64,000 bases of DNA from an uncultured Actinomycetota bacterium (GCA_964601205.1 CAZRML010000010.1:8649-72648), one strand, 5' to 3'; numbered from the stretch's first letter, positions 20,172 to 30,341 are shown. Numbers and translations: made by a program. The notes: generated from the sequence alone by a model not told the origin.

Positions 20172-20801
20172 TTATTTATCGTTATCTTTTTCCTCAGAAA
20201 TCTCTTCGCCCCCACGGGGTTCTTCTTCCATTTCTATTTCACCGGTCTGAATTTTGCTTTCTTCTTTCCCCTCTTTACCCGGAGCCAGACCAGTAATAGT
20301 AAGATTGGTTTTCAGTACCTTAATACCCAGCTTTTCAGATACAACACCCCTGGCTACATTTATTATCTCCTGCATCTTACCGGGGATATCAACACTTTCA
20401 CCAAGCATGGCATTCATATTAATTATAATTCCGCCTGTTTTGGGAATTATTTTCACTTTTATATCCTTCAGGCCATCTACTTTTACTACTTCATTCCTGA
20501 TCTGGCTGGACACAGTTTCCAGGGTCACCATGGCATTACCTTCCCTGGAGCTGGAAATATTAGCGACTTTTATCCTTCTTCTATAAAACTCAATTAATAA
20601 TAAGAATACACTAATTACAAATATAGCCAGCAGAGCAAGGAAGCCAACGAATTTATTTACAGTAGTAGAAGGATCCAGAATTTTTGTAGACACATCTGCC
20701 CAGGTAAAATATCCTGCAAAAATATTTACCATAGAGACAACCGATATTCCGATTAAAAAGATTAATATCAGTACAACGATTATTTTATTAAAAATATTCA
20801 A
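20172..20801 (-). CDS. membrane-anchored Asp23/AmaP-like (alkaline-shock family) protein with acidic C-terminus
   Basis: An N-terminal TM segment is followed by a region (VDIPGKMQEIINVARGVVSEKLGIKV) that resembles the Asp23/DUF322 core. Weak call. Confidence 0.3.
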   Translation of the reverse strand: MNIFNKIIVVLILIFLIGISVVSMVNIFAGYFTWADVSTKILDPSTTVNKFVGFLALLAIFVISVFLLLIEFYRRRIKVANISSSREGNAMVTLETVSSQIRNEVVKVDGLKDIKVKIIPKTGGIIINMNAMLGESVDIPGKMQEIINVARGVVSEKLGIKVLKTNLTITGLAPGKEGKEESKIQTGEIEMEEEPRGGEEISEEKDNDK

Positions 20802-21063
20802 TTAGGTACCTCCTTCTTGAATTTTTTATAGACGAGAAACATCTAAAGATTATAATAGGCAAACTAAAAAGTCAATTAATATGACCCTCACTTTAATTAA
20901 TTTTTAAAAAATCTAAAACAATTATTTAAAAAAATAGTCATTTAAATTAAAATATCTCTCAATGCCCTTTAACATGTTATTTTGATTAGTATTAATTGCA
21001 GCATTAAAGGATGCATAAAGTAATGTTTTTAATTATGTCAAATTTAAAGGAAAGCTAACCGGT

Positions 21064-21942
21064 ATGAAAACTTTAATTATTTTAAATCCTTCCGCAGCCA
21101 GAGGCAGGGCAATGGAATTTAAAAGCCCTATTGAATCAGCATTTAAAAAGTACGGAATAGATTATCAACTTCATATAAGTAAAAGCTCCGATGATATCAT
21201 AAATGTTACAAAGGATAACCTCGGAAAAAATTTTTCTAATTTTATAGCTGTGGGAGGAGATGGAACAATCCATTACATGGCAAATGTTTTAGCCGGAACA
21301 GATAAAAAACTGGGTACAATACCAACAGGTTCAGGTAATGATATTGCTACCTGTCTCGGCATAACTCCTGATGTGGAAAAATGCTGTCAGATTATAAAAA
21401 AAGGCAACACAAAAAAAATTGATACGGGCCTAATAAATGACAGGTACTACTACTTATGCATCGCAGGTTCAGGATTTGATTCACAGGTAACCTACCTCGC
21501 AAATAATACAAGGCTTCCACTAAAAAGCGGGATAAAATATACCTATTCAGTTTACAAAACCCTGATTACATTTAAATCAAAGAAATTTTTCATAAACTAT
21601 AACTATAAGAATAGAGAAATTTATGGAATGATGATTACAGCTTCAAATATGCCCATGTATGGAGGCGGCATGAAGGTAACTCCTGACGCCAGTCCGGAAG
21701 ATGGTCTTTTCGATGTATGCATCATAAAAAAAATGAGCAAGATGCATTTTATAAAAATTTTCCCGAAAGTATATGAGGGTAAACACATAAATGATGAAAA
21801 AGTTGAAATTTTTAGAACCAAAACTCTGTCACTGGATAGCGAATATCCATTCAGTGTTTTTGCAGATGGAGAATATATATGCAAACTCCCATCTACTTTT
21901 AAGATGATCCCGAAGAACCTGAACTTTATAGTACCCGGTTAA
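21064..21942 (+). CDS. diacylglycerol/lipid kinase, YegS/BmrU (DAGK_cat) family
   Basis: NPSAARGRA, FIAVGGDGTIHYMANVL and IPTGSGNDIA are the DAGK catalytic-domain signatures. Confidence 0.75.
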   Translation: MKTLIILNPSAARGRAMEFKSPIESAFKKYGIDYQLHISKSSDDIINVTKDNLGKNFSNFIAVGGDGTIHYMANVLAGTDKKLGTIPTGSGNDIATCLGITPDVEKCCQIIKKGNTKKIDTGLINDRYYYLCIAGSGFDSQVTYLANNTRLPLKSGIKYTYSVYKTLITFKSKKFFINYNYKNREIYGMMITASNMPMYGGGMKVTPDASPEDGLFDVCIIKKMSKMHFIKIFPKVYEGKHINDEKVEIFRTKTLSLDSEYPFSVFADGEYICKLPSTFKMIPKNLNFIVPG

Positions 21943-23150
21943 TACCTTCCCCATGAACCATCTTTTACTATAAAAACTGTTGACTTCGGGTTTACTCTAT
22001 TACCACTAGAATCAAATTCAATGTTACCCACTATTCCATCATAAGATGTTGTTTTGAGTTCATCTATAAAATCACCGGGCAATATTGAATTAGCTTTTTT
22101 CATAGCCTCAATCAATACAAAAACAGCATCATAGCAATATGGTGCATACTGGCCCGGGCTCTCAATACTTATGTCCCCGTTATCCATCTCGCCCAGATAG
22201 CTGTTAAAGTCGTACCAGAAATCTACTGCCCTGGAATCCTGGGAATATTTAGCCAGCGAAGGAGGGTCTGGAATTATGGCGATTAAACCTTCCAGATATT
22301 GAGCCTCAGATAAAACAAAAATATTATCGTCCATCCCCATGGTTTCAGTTATAAACACTGTCTTCATACCGGCTTTTCTTGCTGCTGTTATAAGAGTAGC
22401 GAGTTCGTTATAACCCCCGCAAAAGAATATAGTATCGGGATTTTCTATCACAAGATTTTCGACAATAACTCCGGTGTCCTCCTCACCTATTTTTATTGAC
22501 ATCGGGTCCCCTGCTTCTATACCATAGTCAGATAATAACACATCAAGATAATCAACTAAATTTATGGAGTACTCTTCTCTGTTATTTATTAGCATAATTT
22601 TCTGTGGCTTAATTTCTTCAGCAATAAATCCGGCAATATTTTCTACTTTCTGTTCATTGTTAATTATCATTCTGAAAAAAAGACTCCCTTCTTCAGAAAT
22701 TTCAGCTTTCTGGGCAAATGGTGAAAGCAGCGGTATGCCATATCCTTCATAGACCGGTAATGAAACCTGTGTGGTCCCATCAAATGTAGAACCTATTGTA
22801 GCAGAAACCCCTTCATCCACCATCTCCTGAGCAACCAGAAAAGCCTTCTCGGGATTTCCCTCGTCATCTTTGGTGATTATTTCAATTTTATAATCAAATC
22901 CACCTATTCTAACCGGAGATAATTTAGAAGCAGCAAGTTCCATGCTAACCATTTGTTCTTCTCCAAATGATTTATATCCTCCGGTAAGGACACACTGGTT
23001 ACCGATTTTTATTATTCTTTCCCCGGAATCACAGGAACCAAGACTAACCGAGAAAAATAATAGTAACAGAACCAGCAGAGCCGGGAAAATGCACCTGGCT
23101 GCTCTAAAATTAACAGCTCTTCTATTATTTATAAACCTTTTAAAAATCAT
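21939..23150 (-). CDS. orphan type-I periplasmic binding protein (LivJ/LivK-like branched-chain amino-acid ABC substrate-binding lipoprotein)
   Basis: It has a signal peptide with LGSC lipobox, a PBP type-1 fold and a FFRM motif resembling LivJ YPYFFRT. No permease or ATPase genes are adjacent. Confidence 0.55.
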   Translation of the reverse strand: MIFKRFINNRRAVNFRAARCIFPALLVLLLLFFSVSLGSCDSGERIIKIGNQCVLTGGYKSFGEEQMVSMELAASKLSPVRIGGFDYKIEIITKDDEGNPEKAFLVAQEMVDEGVSATIGSTFDGTTQVSLPVYEGYGIPLLSPFAQKAEISEEGSLFFRMIINNEQKVENIAGFIAEEIKPQKIMLINNREEYSINLVDYLDVLLSDYGIEAGDPMSIKIGEEDTGVIVENLVIENPDTIFFCGGYNELATLITAARKAGMKTVFITETMGMDDNIFVLSEAQYLEGLIAIIPDPPSLAKYSQDSRAVDFWYDFNSYLGEMDNGDISIESPGQYAPYCYDAVFVLIEAMKKANSILPGDFIDELKTTSYDGIVGNIEFDSSGNRVNPKSTVFIVKDGSWGRY

Positions 23151-23754
23151 TTATTTCCCAGAACAACTATCACATAATAATTAAATAACCAAAAAATTAA
23201 AAAGCAACCAGCGTAGAGAAGTAATAAAAAGTTATTATACCAGAAAAAGCCAAAATATTAATTATTTTTAATTAAAGATACGCTAAAATTTAAGAAAATA
23301 CTTCATCTATGATTTGAGTACCTTTTTTTAAATAAAATAGCCGGTTTTTCTGAATAAAGAAAAATTAAAGAAACAGCCAACTACCTGAACCCTCATATAC
23401 CCATAAAAGAAGCAAAGATACTGTCCTTAAAATAAAAACATTGTATGCGCTGGAATAATGTGGCATGTACTTGAAACAAAAGCTAAAATAAAATGTCTTT
23501 TTAAGTTAGAGCTAATTCAGTTTGAATGGCAGTCATTAAACACGTCATAATGGCAAAATTTTTTAAAAATAATAGTTCGCAGTTTCTCACATACAGGGAA
23601 TGCGGTGGATTACAATGACTATAGCATTAAAAGATTTTTTCATAAGAGAGATATTGGAAAAGAAGACACCGCAGGTAAAAGATCCGGCTAATTAATTGAA
23701 AATATTTTAAAAAAAGCATAAATTATAATAATTAAAAAATAAAAAGGAGGAAAA

Positions 23755-24603
23755 ATGAGCAAGGTAGCAATAGTTACCGATAGCACTTCTGATATACCAA
23801 AAGAACTGGTAAATAAACTTAACATAACGGTTGTCCCTCTCAAAGTAATTTTTGGTGAAGAGAGTTTCTTAGAGGATGGAAAAGAAATAACTCTGGATGA
23901 ATTTTACAAAAAAATCAGGACATCAGAGAAACTTCCTACCACCACTCAGCCCACCCCGAAAGATTTTATTGAAACATACACAGACCTTCTTAAAGAAAAC
24001 GAAAGTATAATATCCATTCATATATCAAAAAAAATGTCGGGCACGATAAATTCTGCAGAGCTTGCCAGCAAGGAAATGCCCGGAAAGGATATTAATATAA
24101 TAGACACCGGGTATGTCTCATATCCTCTTGGTTTTATAGTTATAAAAGCAGCCAGGCTGGTAAATGAGGGGGGTACAAAAGAAGAGATTTTAAGAAGCAT
24201 AAATGACTTAAAGCCAAAAATTAATGTATTATTTGTACCAAGCACGCTGGAGTACCTAAAAAAGGGTGGCAGAATAGGAAAGGCCAAGGGGCTTATCGCT
24301 TCACTTCTTGAAATTAAACCGATACTTACTATTCAGGGAGGTGAGGTATCACAGTTTAAAACCACCAGAAGATGGAATCAGGCTAAAACTGAGCTTATTA
24401 ATTCAATGGAAACCATGATAAAAAACCCTCAGAATCTCATAGTATCGGTGGGAGACTCGGATGCCAGAGAAGAAGGTGCGGAAATGTATAAGAGAATAAA
24501 AGAAACTTTTAACCCAAAAGAAATATCAAGGTTTGATATTGGAGTTATCGTTGGAACTCATCTTGGGCCCGGGGGTCTTTGCTCAACATTTTATGAAGAA
24601 TAA
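23755..24603 (+). CDS. DegV-family fatty-acid binding protein (FakB-like)
   Basis: The N-terminus VAIVTDSTSDIP is classic for DegV. It is 282 aa. Confidence 0.8.
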   Translation: MSKVAIVTDSTSDIPKELVNKLNITVVPLKVIFGEESFLEDGKEITLDEFYKKIRTSEKLPTTTQPTPKDFIETYTDLLKENESIISIHISKKMSGTINSAELASKEMPGKDINIIDTGYVSYPLGFIVIKAARLVNEGGTKEEILRSINDLKPKINVLFVPSTLEYLKKGGRIGKAKGLIASLLEIKPILTIQGGEVSQFKTTRRWNQAKTELINSMETMIKNPQNLIVSVGDSDAREEGAEMYKRIKETFNPKEISRFDIGVIVGTHLGPGGLCSTFYEE

Positions 24604-25192
24604 AAATAGTCATAGAAAAATTAAACTCCTTAAAAAAAATATTAGAAAAGAAATCCTGGGAAAAAGAGATACCCTCCTACCAGAATACAGGAAGGAAAGC
24701 AGCAGATTAATATCTGAAAAATTTCTAAATACTTATTACTACAATAATTCAGATAATATTCTGACCTACTGTTCATTTGGAAGTGAAGTTGATACAAATT
24801 TAATTATTAAAAAAGCGTTAAATGATAAAAAAAATATAATCTTGCCCAGGGTTCAGGGTAATAAGCTGGAACTTTTTTTTGTAAATGACCCTTTAAAACA
24901 ACTGGAAAAAGGAACATACGGAATAATGGAGCCAATTATAAATCTGTGCATCCCTGCAAAAACTTCATATATCGACCTTGTAGTTGTGCCGGGAGTGAGT
25001 TTTGACACAAACTTAAATCGTCTGGGGTACGGCTCCGGATATTTTGATAGAATTTTCCAGGATATCTCTGAAAAAGCGACAAAGATAGCACTCTGTTTTG
25101 ACATTCAACTGGTCGACAGCATCCCTGTACTCGATCATGACGTTAAGGTTGATATATTGATAACAGAATCTAAAATCTATTATTCTAAATAA
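24593..25192 (+). CDS. 5-formyltetrahydrofolate cyclo-ligase
   Basis: KKNIRKEILGKRDTL, LPRV and the GYGSGYFDR motif are present. I chose ATG 24593 (MKNKN...), which overlaps the DegV stop by 11 nt, over the track's 24533 start. Confidence 0.7.
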   Translation: MKNKNSHRKIKLLKKNIRKEILGKRDTLLPEYRKESSRLISEKFLNTYYYNNSDNILTYCSFGSEVDTNLIIKKALNDKKNIILPRVQGNKLELFFVNDPLKQLEKGTYGIMEPIINLCIPAKTSYIDLVVVPGVSFDTNLNRLGYGSGYFDRIFQDISEKATKIALCFDIQLVDSIPVLDHDVKVDILITESKIYYSK

Positions 25193-25224
25193 TTTTTTAT
25201 ATGCCAGAAGACAGACTATAAAAT

Positions 25225-25998
25225 ATGGAACAGGAAATTACAAAATTAAAAAGAAAAAATACGGGTACCGAAATTGCCATTCTTATTCCCGCATACAATG
25301 AAGAAAAATATATAAAAAAAGTTATAAATGGCTGCTCTAAATATGTCATTGATATAATTGTCGTAGATGACGGCTCAACCGATAATACATTAAAGGTGAT
25401 AAAATCAATCCCGGCCCCGGAAAATTTCAGAATAATTTCCCTGAAGCACAAAATAAATAAAGGAAAGGGTAAATCACTAAAAACAGGCTTCAACTATATT
25501 ATCAAGAATAATTACTCGGGGGTTATAACCCTTGATGCTGATGCGCAGCATAATACTGAAGAAATTAAAAATTTCTTAAAAATTATAAAAAAGGGGAAAC
25601 CTGATTTAATAATTGGAAACAGGCTGGAAAACACTGTTCACATGCCCTTTATAAGACTGGCTACAAATGTTATCACCTCACGTATTATTTCAGCTATAGC
25701 AGGTAAAAAAGTAAGTGATGTGCAATCAGGCTACAGATATATCAGAACAGAGGTTCTAAAAAATATCAAACTGGAAACAGGTAACTTTGATACCGAACCG
25801 GAGCTAATAATAAAATCAGGCTGGTCCGGCTACAGTATTAGAAATATTCCTATCAGTACCATTTATCATAAAAATTTTATAAGCCATGTTAATCCTATTA
25901 GTGATACCATTAAATTTTTTAAACTGGTTTTTAACAGCATAAGATGGAAAAGAGAATTCTTTAAAAATAAAGAGAAACCCGGTCAATTAAAAATCTGA
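25225..25998 (+). CDS. family-2 glycosyltransferase (DPM1/GtrB-like, polyprenyl-phosphate sugar transferase type)
   Basis: IPAYNEEKYI, VVDDGSTDNT and the DAD motif (LDADAQH) are present. Confidence 0.7.
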   Translation: MEQEITKLKRKNTGTEIAILIPAYNEEKYIKKVINGCSKYVIDIIVVDDGSTDNTLKVIKSIPAPENFRIISLKHKINKGKGKSLKTGFNYIIKNNYSGVITLDADAQHNTEEIKNFLKIIKKGKPDLIIGNRLENTVHMPFIRLATNVITSRIISAIAGKKVSDVQSGYRYIRTEVLKNIKLETGNFDTEPELIIKSGWSGYSIRNIPISTIYHKNFISHVNPISDTIKFFKLVFNSIRWKREFFKNKEKPGQLKI

Positions 25999-26501
25999 TA
26001 AAGTTCATAAAAAACCGCAGCAGTAAACATGACAGATATTATAATTATAGAAATAATCGGTATAGCCTTATTTTTAAATTTATTCCGTTTTATATGCTCC
26101 CCTGTGGCTAAAGCCACAATCCGATAGATCATTTCGACAGAAGATAGGATCACAACCTCTCCGGGTACAGCAATTCCATGCCTTATGGTTCCGGTAAATA
26201 AAAACATTGTTATAAAAATACCGCTGACAAAGCTTACCGGAAGAGATACCCCTAAATAGCCGAGGGTAAAATAGCCAAGAGTAGAAAGTAAATTCCCTAT
26301 AAAAATAGCCGCAAATACGTAACCACAGGACATCCCTTCCTGATATGGCCGTATTCCAAAAATACTCTGGAGGGATGAGAATTTTTCCATAATAAAGGTA
26401 CTTGCATCTCTGAAGAAATAAAAAAACAAAAACCCTGCAGCCGCTCCCGCCAGAAAAAAGATAAGATTTTTTGCAAGAACTAAAAAATATTTTTTTAGCA
26501 T
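25983..26501 (-). CDS. integral membrane protein, possibly SpoIIM/DUF95-like
   Basis: It has 4-5 predicted TM helices and is 172 aa. Family assignment is weak. Confidence 0.3.
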   Translation of the reverse strand: MLKKYFLVLAKNLIFFLAGAAAGFLFFYFFRDASTFIMEKFSSLQSIFGIRPYQEGMSCGYVFAAIFIGNLLSTLGYFTLGYLGVSLPVSFVSGIFITMFLFTGTIRHGIAVPGEVVILSSVEMIYRIVALATGEHIKRNKFKNKAIPIISIIIISVMFTAAVFYELYQIFN

Positions 26502-26502
26502 C

Positions 26503-27753
26503 CTAACTAATGCCCGAACTTTCCTCCTTAATTATTTCAATCATTGCTCCGGTAATTTTTTCGTCAAAAGTATTACCGGCACATCTCTTTAATTCTTTTA
26601 TAGCTTCGTCTTTTGTAAGAGCTTTTCTGTAAGGTCTGTCAGTGGTCATAGCGTCATAAGAATCCGCTACAGAAATTATCCTGGCAAAAAGAGGTATGCT
26701 TTCTCCTTTAATTTTCTCCGGATAACCCGAACCGTCTGCCCGTTCATGGTGATAAAGTACCGCACTGGCATATTTTTTTAAAAAGATAATTTCCTTAACT
26801 ATTTCATAACCCACCCGGGGATGTTTTTTCATCTCTACCCAGTCAGAATCATTAAATTTTCCCTTTTTATTTAAAACACTTAAATCTATCTGTACCTTTC
26901 CTATATCATGTAAATTGGCCAGGTTTTTTAATAAATCAACATCGTACTCGTTTAACCCCAGCTTTCTCCCTATCTTTTCAGTATATTCTGCCACTCTTAC
27001 CGAGTGCCCGGCGGTATAGGGGTCCTTGGCATCTATTATCCTCACAATCTGGAAAATACTATTTATAAGTGCTTTTCTTTCTCTCACCCTCAGCATATAG
27101 GCATACTGGGCAATAATTAAGGGAAGAGAGGTCAATATAATTGTCAGGGGACTATATAATTTATACAAAAAGGATATAAAAATGGCCATTACAGCTAAAA
27201 AGAATGTAAAAGGTATCAACCAGGTAAAATTATAAACCCAGATGTTTATAAAATGCTTTCTTTCACTTATAGAAATGGCTCCTGCGGTAAGAAGAGTATT
27301 TATAAAAAATCCTATATATGCCGCTAAAAAAATATAACCTATATTGGCAAGATTAAAAAAGTTTTCGATATCCCTATTATAGGTCATTTCAAATATAATG
27401 CTCGCAACTCCTACTGATATTAAAAACTGGCCTGCATTAAAAAAGTGTTTATAGTAAGGAAGTTTTTTAAGAAATTCTCTTATATTAAAAAAAGAAATTA
27501 GTGCAACAAGCACCGCTGTAGATGGACCAAAGAGGATAAGACTGGTAATAAATATAGTAGTATTCACTGAAACGCTACCTTTTTGTGGAAGCGACGCTGA
27601 TAAATTATCAGCAATAAAAGCCAATAATCCAAATACTACCACTCCAAGAACAGATATATTTCTGTATATTAAAAGTATATATATAAATACAGATATACCG
27701 GCCAAAAATATAAAAAATACATATATATTTAAAACCAGTCTTCTTTGTTCCAA
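26503..27753 (-). CDS. 7TM-receptor HD-GYP domain c-di-GMP phosphodiesterase
   Basis: An N-terminal multi-TM domain is followed by an HD domain (HSVRVAEY...LHDIGK) and the HHERADGSGYP signature. The start is a TTG with an AGGAAA RBS. Confidence 0.7.
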   Translation of the reverse strand: MEQRRLVLNIYVFFIFLAGISVFIYILLIYRNISVLGVVVFGLLAFIADNLSASLPQKGSVSVNTTIFITSLILFGPSTAVLVALISFFNIREFLKKLPYYKHFFNAGQFLISVGVASIIFEMTYNRDIENFFNLANIGYIFLAAYIGFFINTLLTAGAISISERKHFINIWVYNFTWLIPFTFFLAVMAIFISFLYKLYSPLTIILTSLPLIIAQYAYMLRVRERKALINSIFQIVRIIDAKDPYTAGHSVRVAEYTEKIGRKLGLNEYDVDLLKNLANLHDIGKVQIDLSVLNKKGKFNDSDWVEMKKHPRVGYEIVKEIIFLKKYASAVLYHHERADGSGYPEKIKGESIPLFARIISVADSYDAMTTDRPYRKALTKDEAIKELKRCAGNTFDEKITGAMIEIIKEESSGIS

Positions 27754-27855
27754 CGGTTTCCTAACTTTTGATTACCAAAAAATATACAGTATTATATCAG
27801 AAAACCCCCATAATAAATATTTTTTTATATTGTATATACTCTTTATATACTTTTA

Positions 27856-27930
27856 TTAACCCCATCTAACCCAAGAAGCTATTCCAATTAAGGAAGCCAG
27901 AGCCAGAAAGATTCTGAATAACTTTTTCAT
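27856..27930 (-). CDS. possible 24-aa hydrophobic micropeptide (MKKLFRIFLALASLIGIASWVRWG)
   Basis: A perfect RBS AGGAGGTG sits 8 nt upstream of the ATG. It is too short for the track. Speculative. Confidence 0.2.
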   Translation of the reverse strand: MKKLFRIFLALASLIGIASWVRWG

Positions 27931-28003
27931 TATTTTCACCTCCTCTAAAATTTATTTCTTTAACCAATTAACTTTCTCAATTAAGTAATCTATTTAACTA
28001 ATC

Positions 28004-28159
28004 CTATCCTGGTAACCAGGTCCCAAGCACCTCTATGTAATCCCTTATATCCCGGTAAAAAACCAGAATTATTATAATAATTATCAAAATTACAATGACT
28101 GCTATCGCTATCTTTTCCCATACAGTAAAAAAACTTTTTCTCTTCCTGTTTGCAATCAT
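28004..28159 (-). CDS. small single-TM membrane protein (about 51 aa from internal ATG)
   Basis: It lies just downstream of the HTH gene stop at 28171. The hydrophobic core reads IAIAVIVILIIIIIILVF. No family. Confidence 0.3.
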   Translation of the reverse strand: MIANRKRKSFFTVWEKIAIAVIVILIIIIIILVFYRDIRDYIEVLGTWLPG

Positions 28160-28170
28160 TAAAATAAAAA

Positions 28171-28557
28171 CTAATTCGTTTGTCTGGTTCTTGTTTTTAT
28201 AAAATCCTCCAGGCTGCCTGCAGGTATTCTCCATGAACTCCTGCCTTCTCTTACCTTAAAACCCTTCAGACTTCCTGTCTTCAGTAAATTCCATATATTG
28301 TCCACTGAAAGTTTTAAAATTCTGGCTACCTGCTCTGCTGTATATAAAACCGGTTCTCTGTAGCCAGCCGCTGATTCTTCTTTAACCATAAAACCATTTA
28401 AAAATTCATTCAGGTCATCCTCTTTTATTCTTATGGCTTTGCCAAGCCTTATAACCGGTAATTTTTTTAACATAACCATTCTTATTACTTCGGATTCACT
28501 GATCCCGGCAAGTTCCGAAACCTCTTTTATAGTAAATAATTTTTTTTCTCCAGCCAT
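28171..28557 (-). CDS. tandem excisionase/MerR-type HTH (HTH_17 x2) DNA-binding protein
   Basis: There are two copies of the helix-turn-helix pattern (FTIKEVSELAGISESEVIRMV... and YTAEQVARILKLSVDNIWNLL...). It is 128 aa and directly abuts the upstream ATPase gene. Confidence 0.55.
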   Translation of the reverse strand: MAGEKKLFTIKEVSELAGISESEVIRMVMLKKLPVIRLGKAIRIKEDDLNEFLNGFMVKEESAAGYREPVLYTAEQVARILKLSVDNIWNLLKTGSLKGFKVREGRSSWRIPAGSLEDFIKTRTRQTN

Positions 28558-29640
28558 TTAAAAAATTGATTTTACAAGATTTGACATTTCAGATTGTAAA
28601 TTCAGTATGTTAAAAGATTCCCTGCCATTTAATATTGCTTCCCTGCTTTCTTCAGGGATTAAAGATATCCTGTCATATACCGGTATGCCAGTTATATTAT
28701 TAAACTCATCCATATATGATTTATCGCCTGCGCTAACTTTATTAAAAATAATTCCTTTTTTCTGCCTTTCGGGGAGGAATTTCTTAAAATTATTTATTCT
28801 GGGTACAAGTTTTATGTCCGGAGATAACACCATAATTGACGCAGTGGAAAGGTTTAACATTTCCAGTGAAATATTATCATAACGGAATGGTATATCTGCT
28901 ATAATCAGGCCATATTTATTTCTTGCTGAATATACTATGCTGTCCAGCATATCAATATTAAATTTATCACTCTGATATATAGAAAGAGGCGGCTGGAGTA
29001 TGTCTATTTTATTATCACCATCAAGACTTACCACAGAGCTATCAAAACAATCTCTGCCATCCGTAATTTTCTCAATAAAGACGCTTAAATTTGGTGACGC
29101 GTTTAAATCCAGATTTATAGCTAAGTCTGACGGGCCCTCACAAAAGTTTAAATCTACAATTAATATTTTACCTTCAATAATTTTCCTGGCATACCAGGCA
29201 AAATTAAAGACTATACTTGTTTTGCCCACCCCTCCCTGAATTGAGCAAAATGAAATTACCTGCTGACCTATTAACTTATAATTTTTTCCTGTTTCCTCAT
29301 CCACAACAGAGTTCAAATTATCAACGGCACGTAAAACTCTTTCAATATCATTGGTGCTTCTTATCCCACCCAGGTATATTTCCCTGAAAAGATTGCCTCT
29401 GCTTTCTTCCGGACCAACAGTTAACAATTCGCTGCGGGTATTATCGCAGACATACTCTGCTATTTCTCTATAATTCTTTAATTCTGACGATAATATAATA
29501 TATTCCGGCATATATTCTTCTAAATAGTGTTTAAAAAAGTTTATATTATTGAGGACTACCAGATTGTGGTTCTCTAAATTTATTGATGATACATCTTTTG
29601 ATATTTTTTTATCCGGAGTTATAAACAGTATTATTTTCAT
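28558..29640 (-). CDS. CpaE/TadZ-like ParA/MinD-family P-loop ATPase with N-terminal pseudo-receiver domain
   Basis: The N-terminal ~110 aa are receiver-like but lack the phospho-acceptor Asp. The C-terminal MinD/ParA fold has a deviant Walker A SIQGGVGKTS in which the signature Lys is replaced by Gln. Confidence 0.55.
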   Translation of the reverse strand: MKIILFITPDKKISKDVSSINLENHNLVVLNNINFFKHYLEEYMPEYIILSSELKNYREIAEYVCDNTRSELLTVGPEESRGNLFREIYLGGIRSTNDIERVLRAVDNLNSVVDEETGKNYKLIGQQVISFCSIQGGVGKTSIVFNFAWYARKIIEGKILIVDLNFCEGPSDLAINLDLNASPNLSVFIEKITDGRDCFDSSVVSLDGDNKIDILQPPLSIYQSDKFNIDMLDSIVYSARNKYGLIIADIPFRYDNISLEMLNLSTASIMVLSPDIKLVPRINNFKKFLPERQKKGIIFNKVSAGDKSYMDEFNNITGIPVYDRISLIPEESREAILNGRESFNILNLQSEMSNLVKSIF

Positions 29641-30053
29641 TTTATTTTTTTATATATTAAAAATTAAGCAATAACCACTTTATCTACCCGGATTTCTTCT
29701 CTCTTGCTAACAATTCTAATCTACGATAATTATATTATAAAAATATCATAAATTTTTAATACAACATTTATAATATGTTCATAAATATATGATAGAATTA
29801 TAAAATTTAATTGTCAACTGATTATTATGGTTAAATAAGGTTAACAACGGCTTGTTCGGGATTTTTAAGCAAAAAATTTCCCCTCATTATTTTCTTATGA
29901 AACGCAGGGACAAATGTACAGATTAGATAAATCTGATTTGATTAAAGATGCATGCGGCTGATAGGTATTTTTAAATGCGGTAATCTTTTAAATAATACAA
30001 TAACTGAGCAATTAAGTAATTATTTTAATAGATTCACTGAGTGTTCAATTGAT

Positions 30054-30341
30054 TTAGCCTGAAAGAAGCATTGAAGTTAAATCTAAATCTTTATCATGCT
30101 TTATACTGACTTCTTTATAGATTGATTTTTCGCCATCAATAATCTTTATATTTTTCCTTGGCACACCTGTCTTAATTGAGATAAAATTTATAAGTTCTTT
30201 ATTGGCCCTGCCTTTTTCCGGAATAGAATTTAACTTAATTTTTATCCTGTTTCTATAAACTCCATATACCCCACTTACGGCAGAGTTGGGTTTTACAATT
30301 AGCTTAATGTTTTCAATCTTCATCAGTTTTAAAGAAATCAT
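30054..30341 (-). CDS. yggU: YggU/DUF167 (UPF0235) family protein
   Basis: MKIENIKLIVKPNS...KGRANKELINFISIKTGVPRKNIKIIDGEKS matches the DUF167 pattern. The likely start is the internal ATG at 30323. Confidence 0.6.
   Translation of the reverse strand: MISLKLMKIENIKLIVKPNSAVSGVYGVYRNRIKIKLNSIPEKGRANKELINFISIKTGVPRKNIKIIDGEKSIYKEVSIKHDKDLDLTSMLLSG

Noticed and set aside
24533-24592. N-terminal 20 codons of the track ORF for 5-formyl-THF cyclo-ligase, overlapping DegV by 70 nt
   Set aside because: The extension is low-complexity and out of family. The internal ATG at 24593 gives a standard N-terminus with only an 11-nt overlap.
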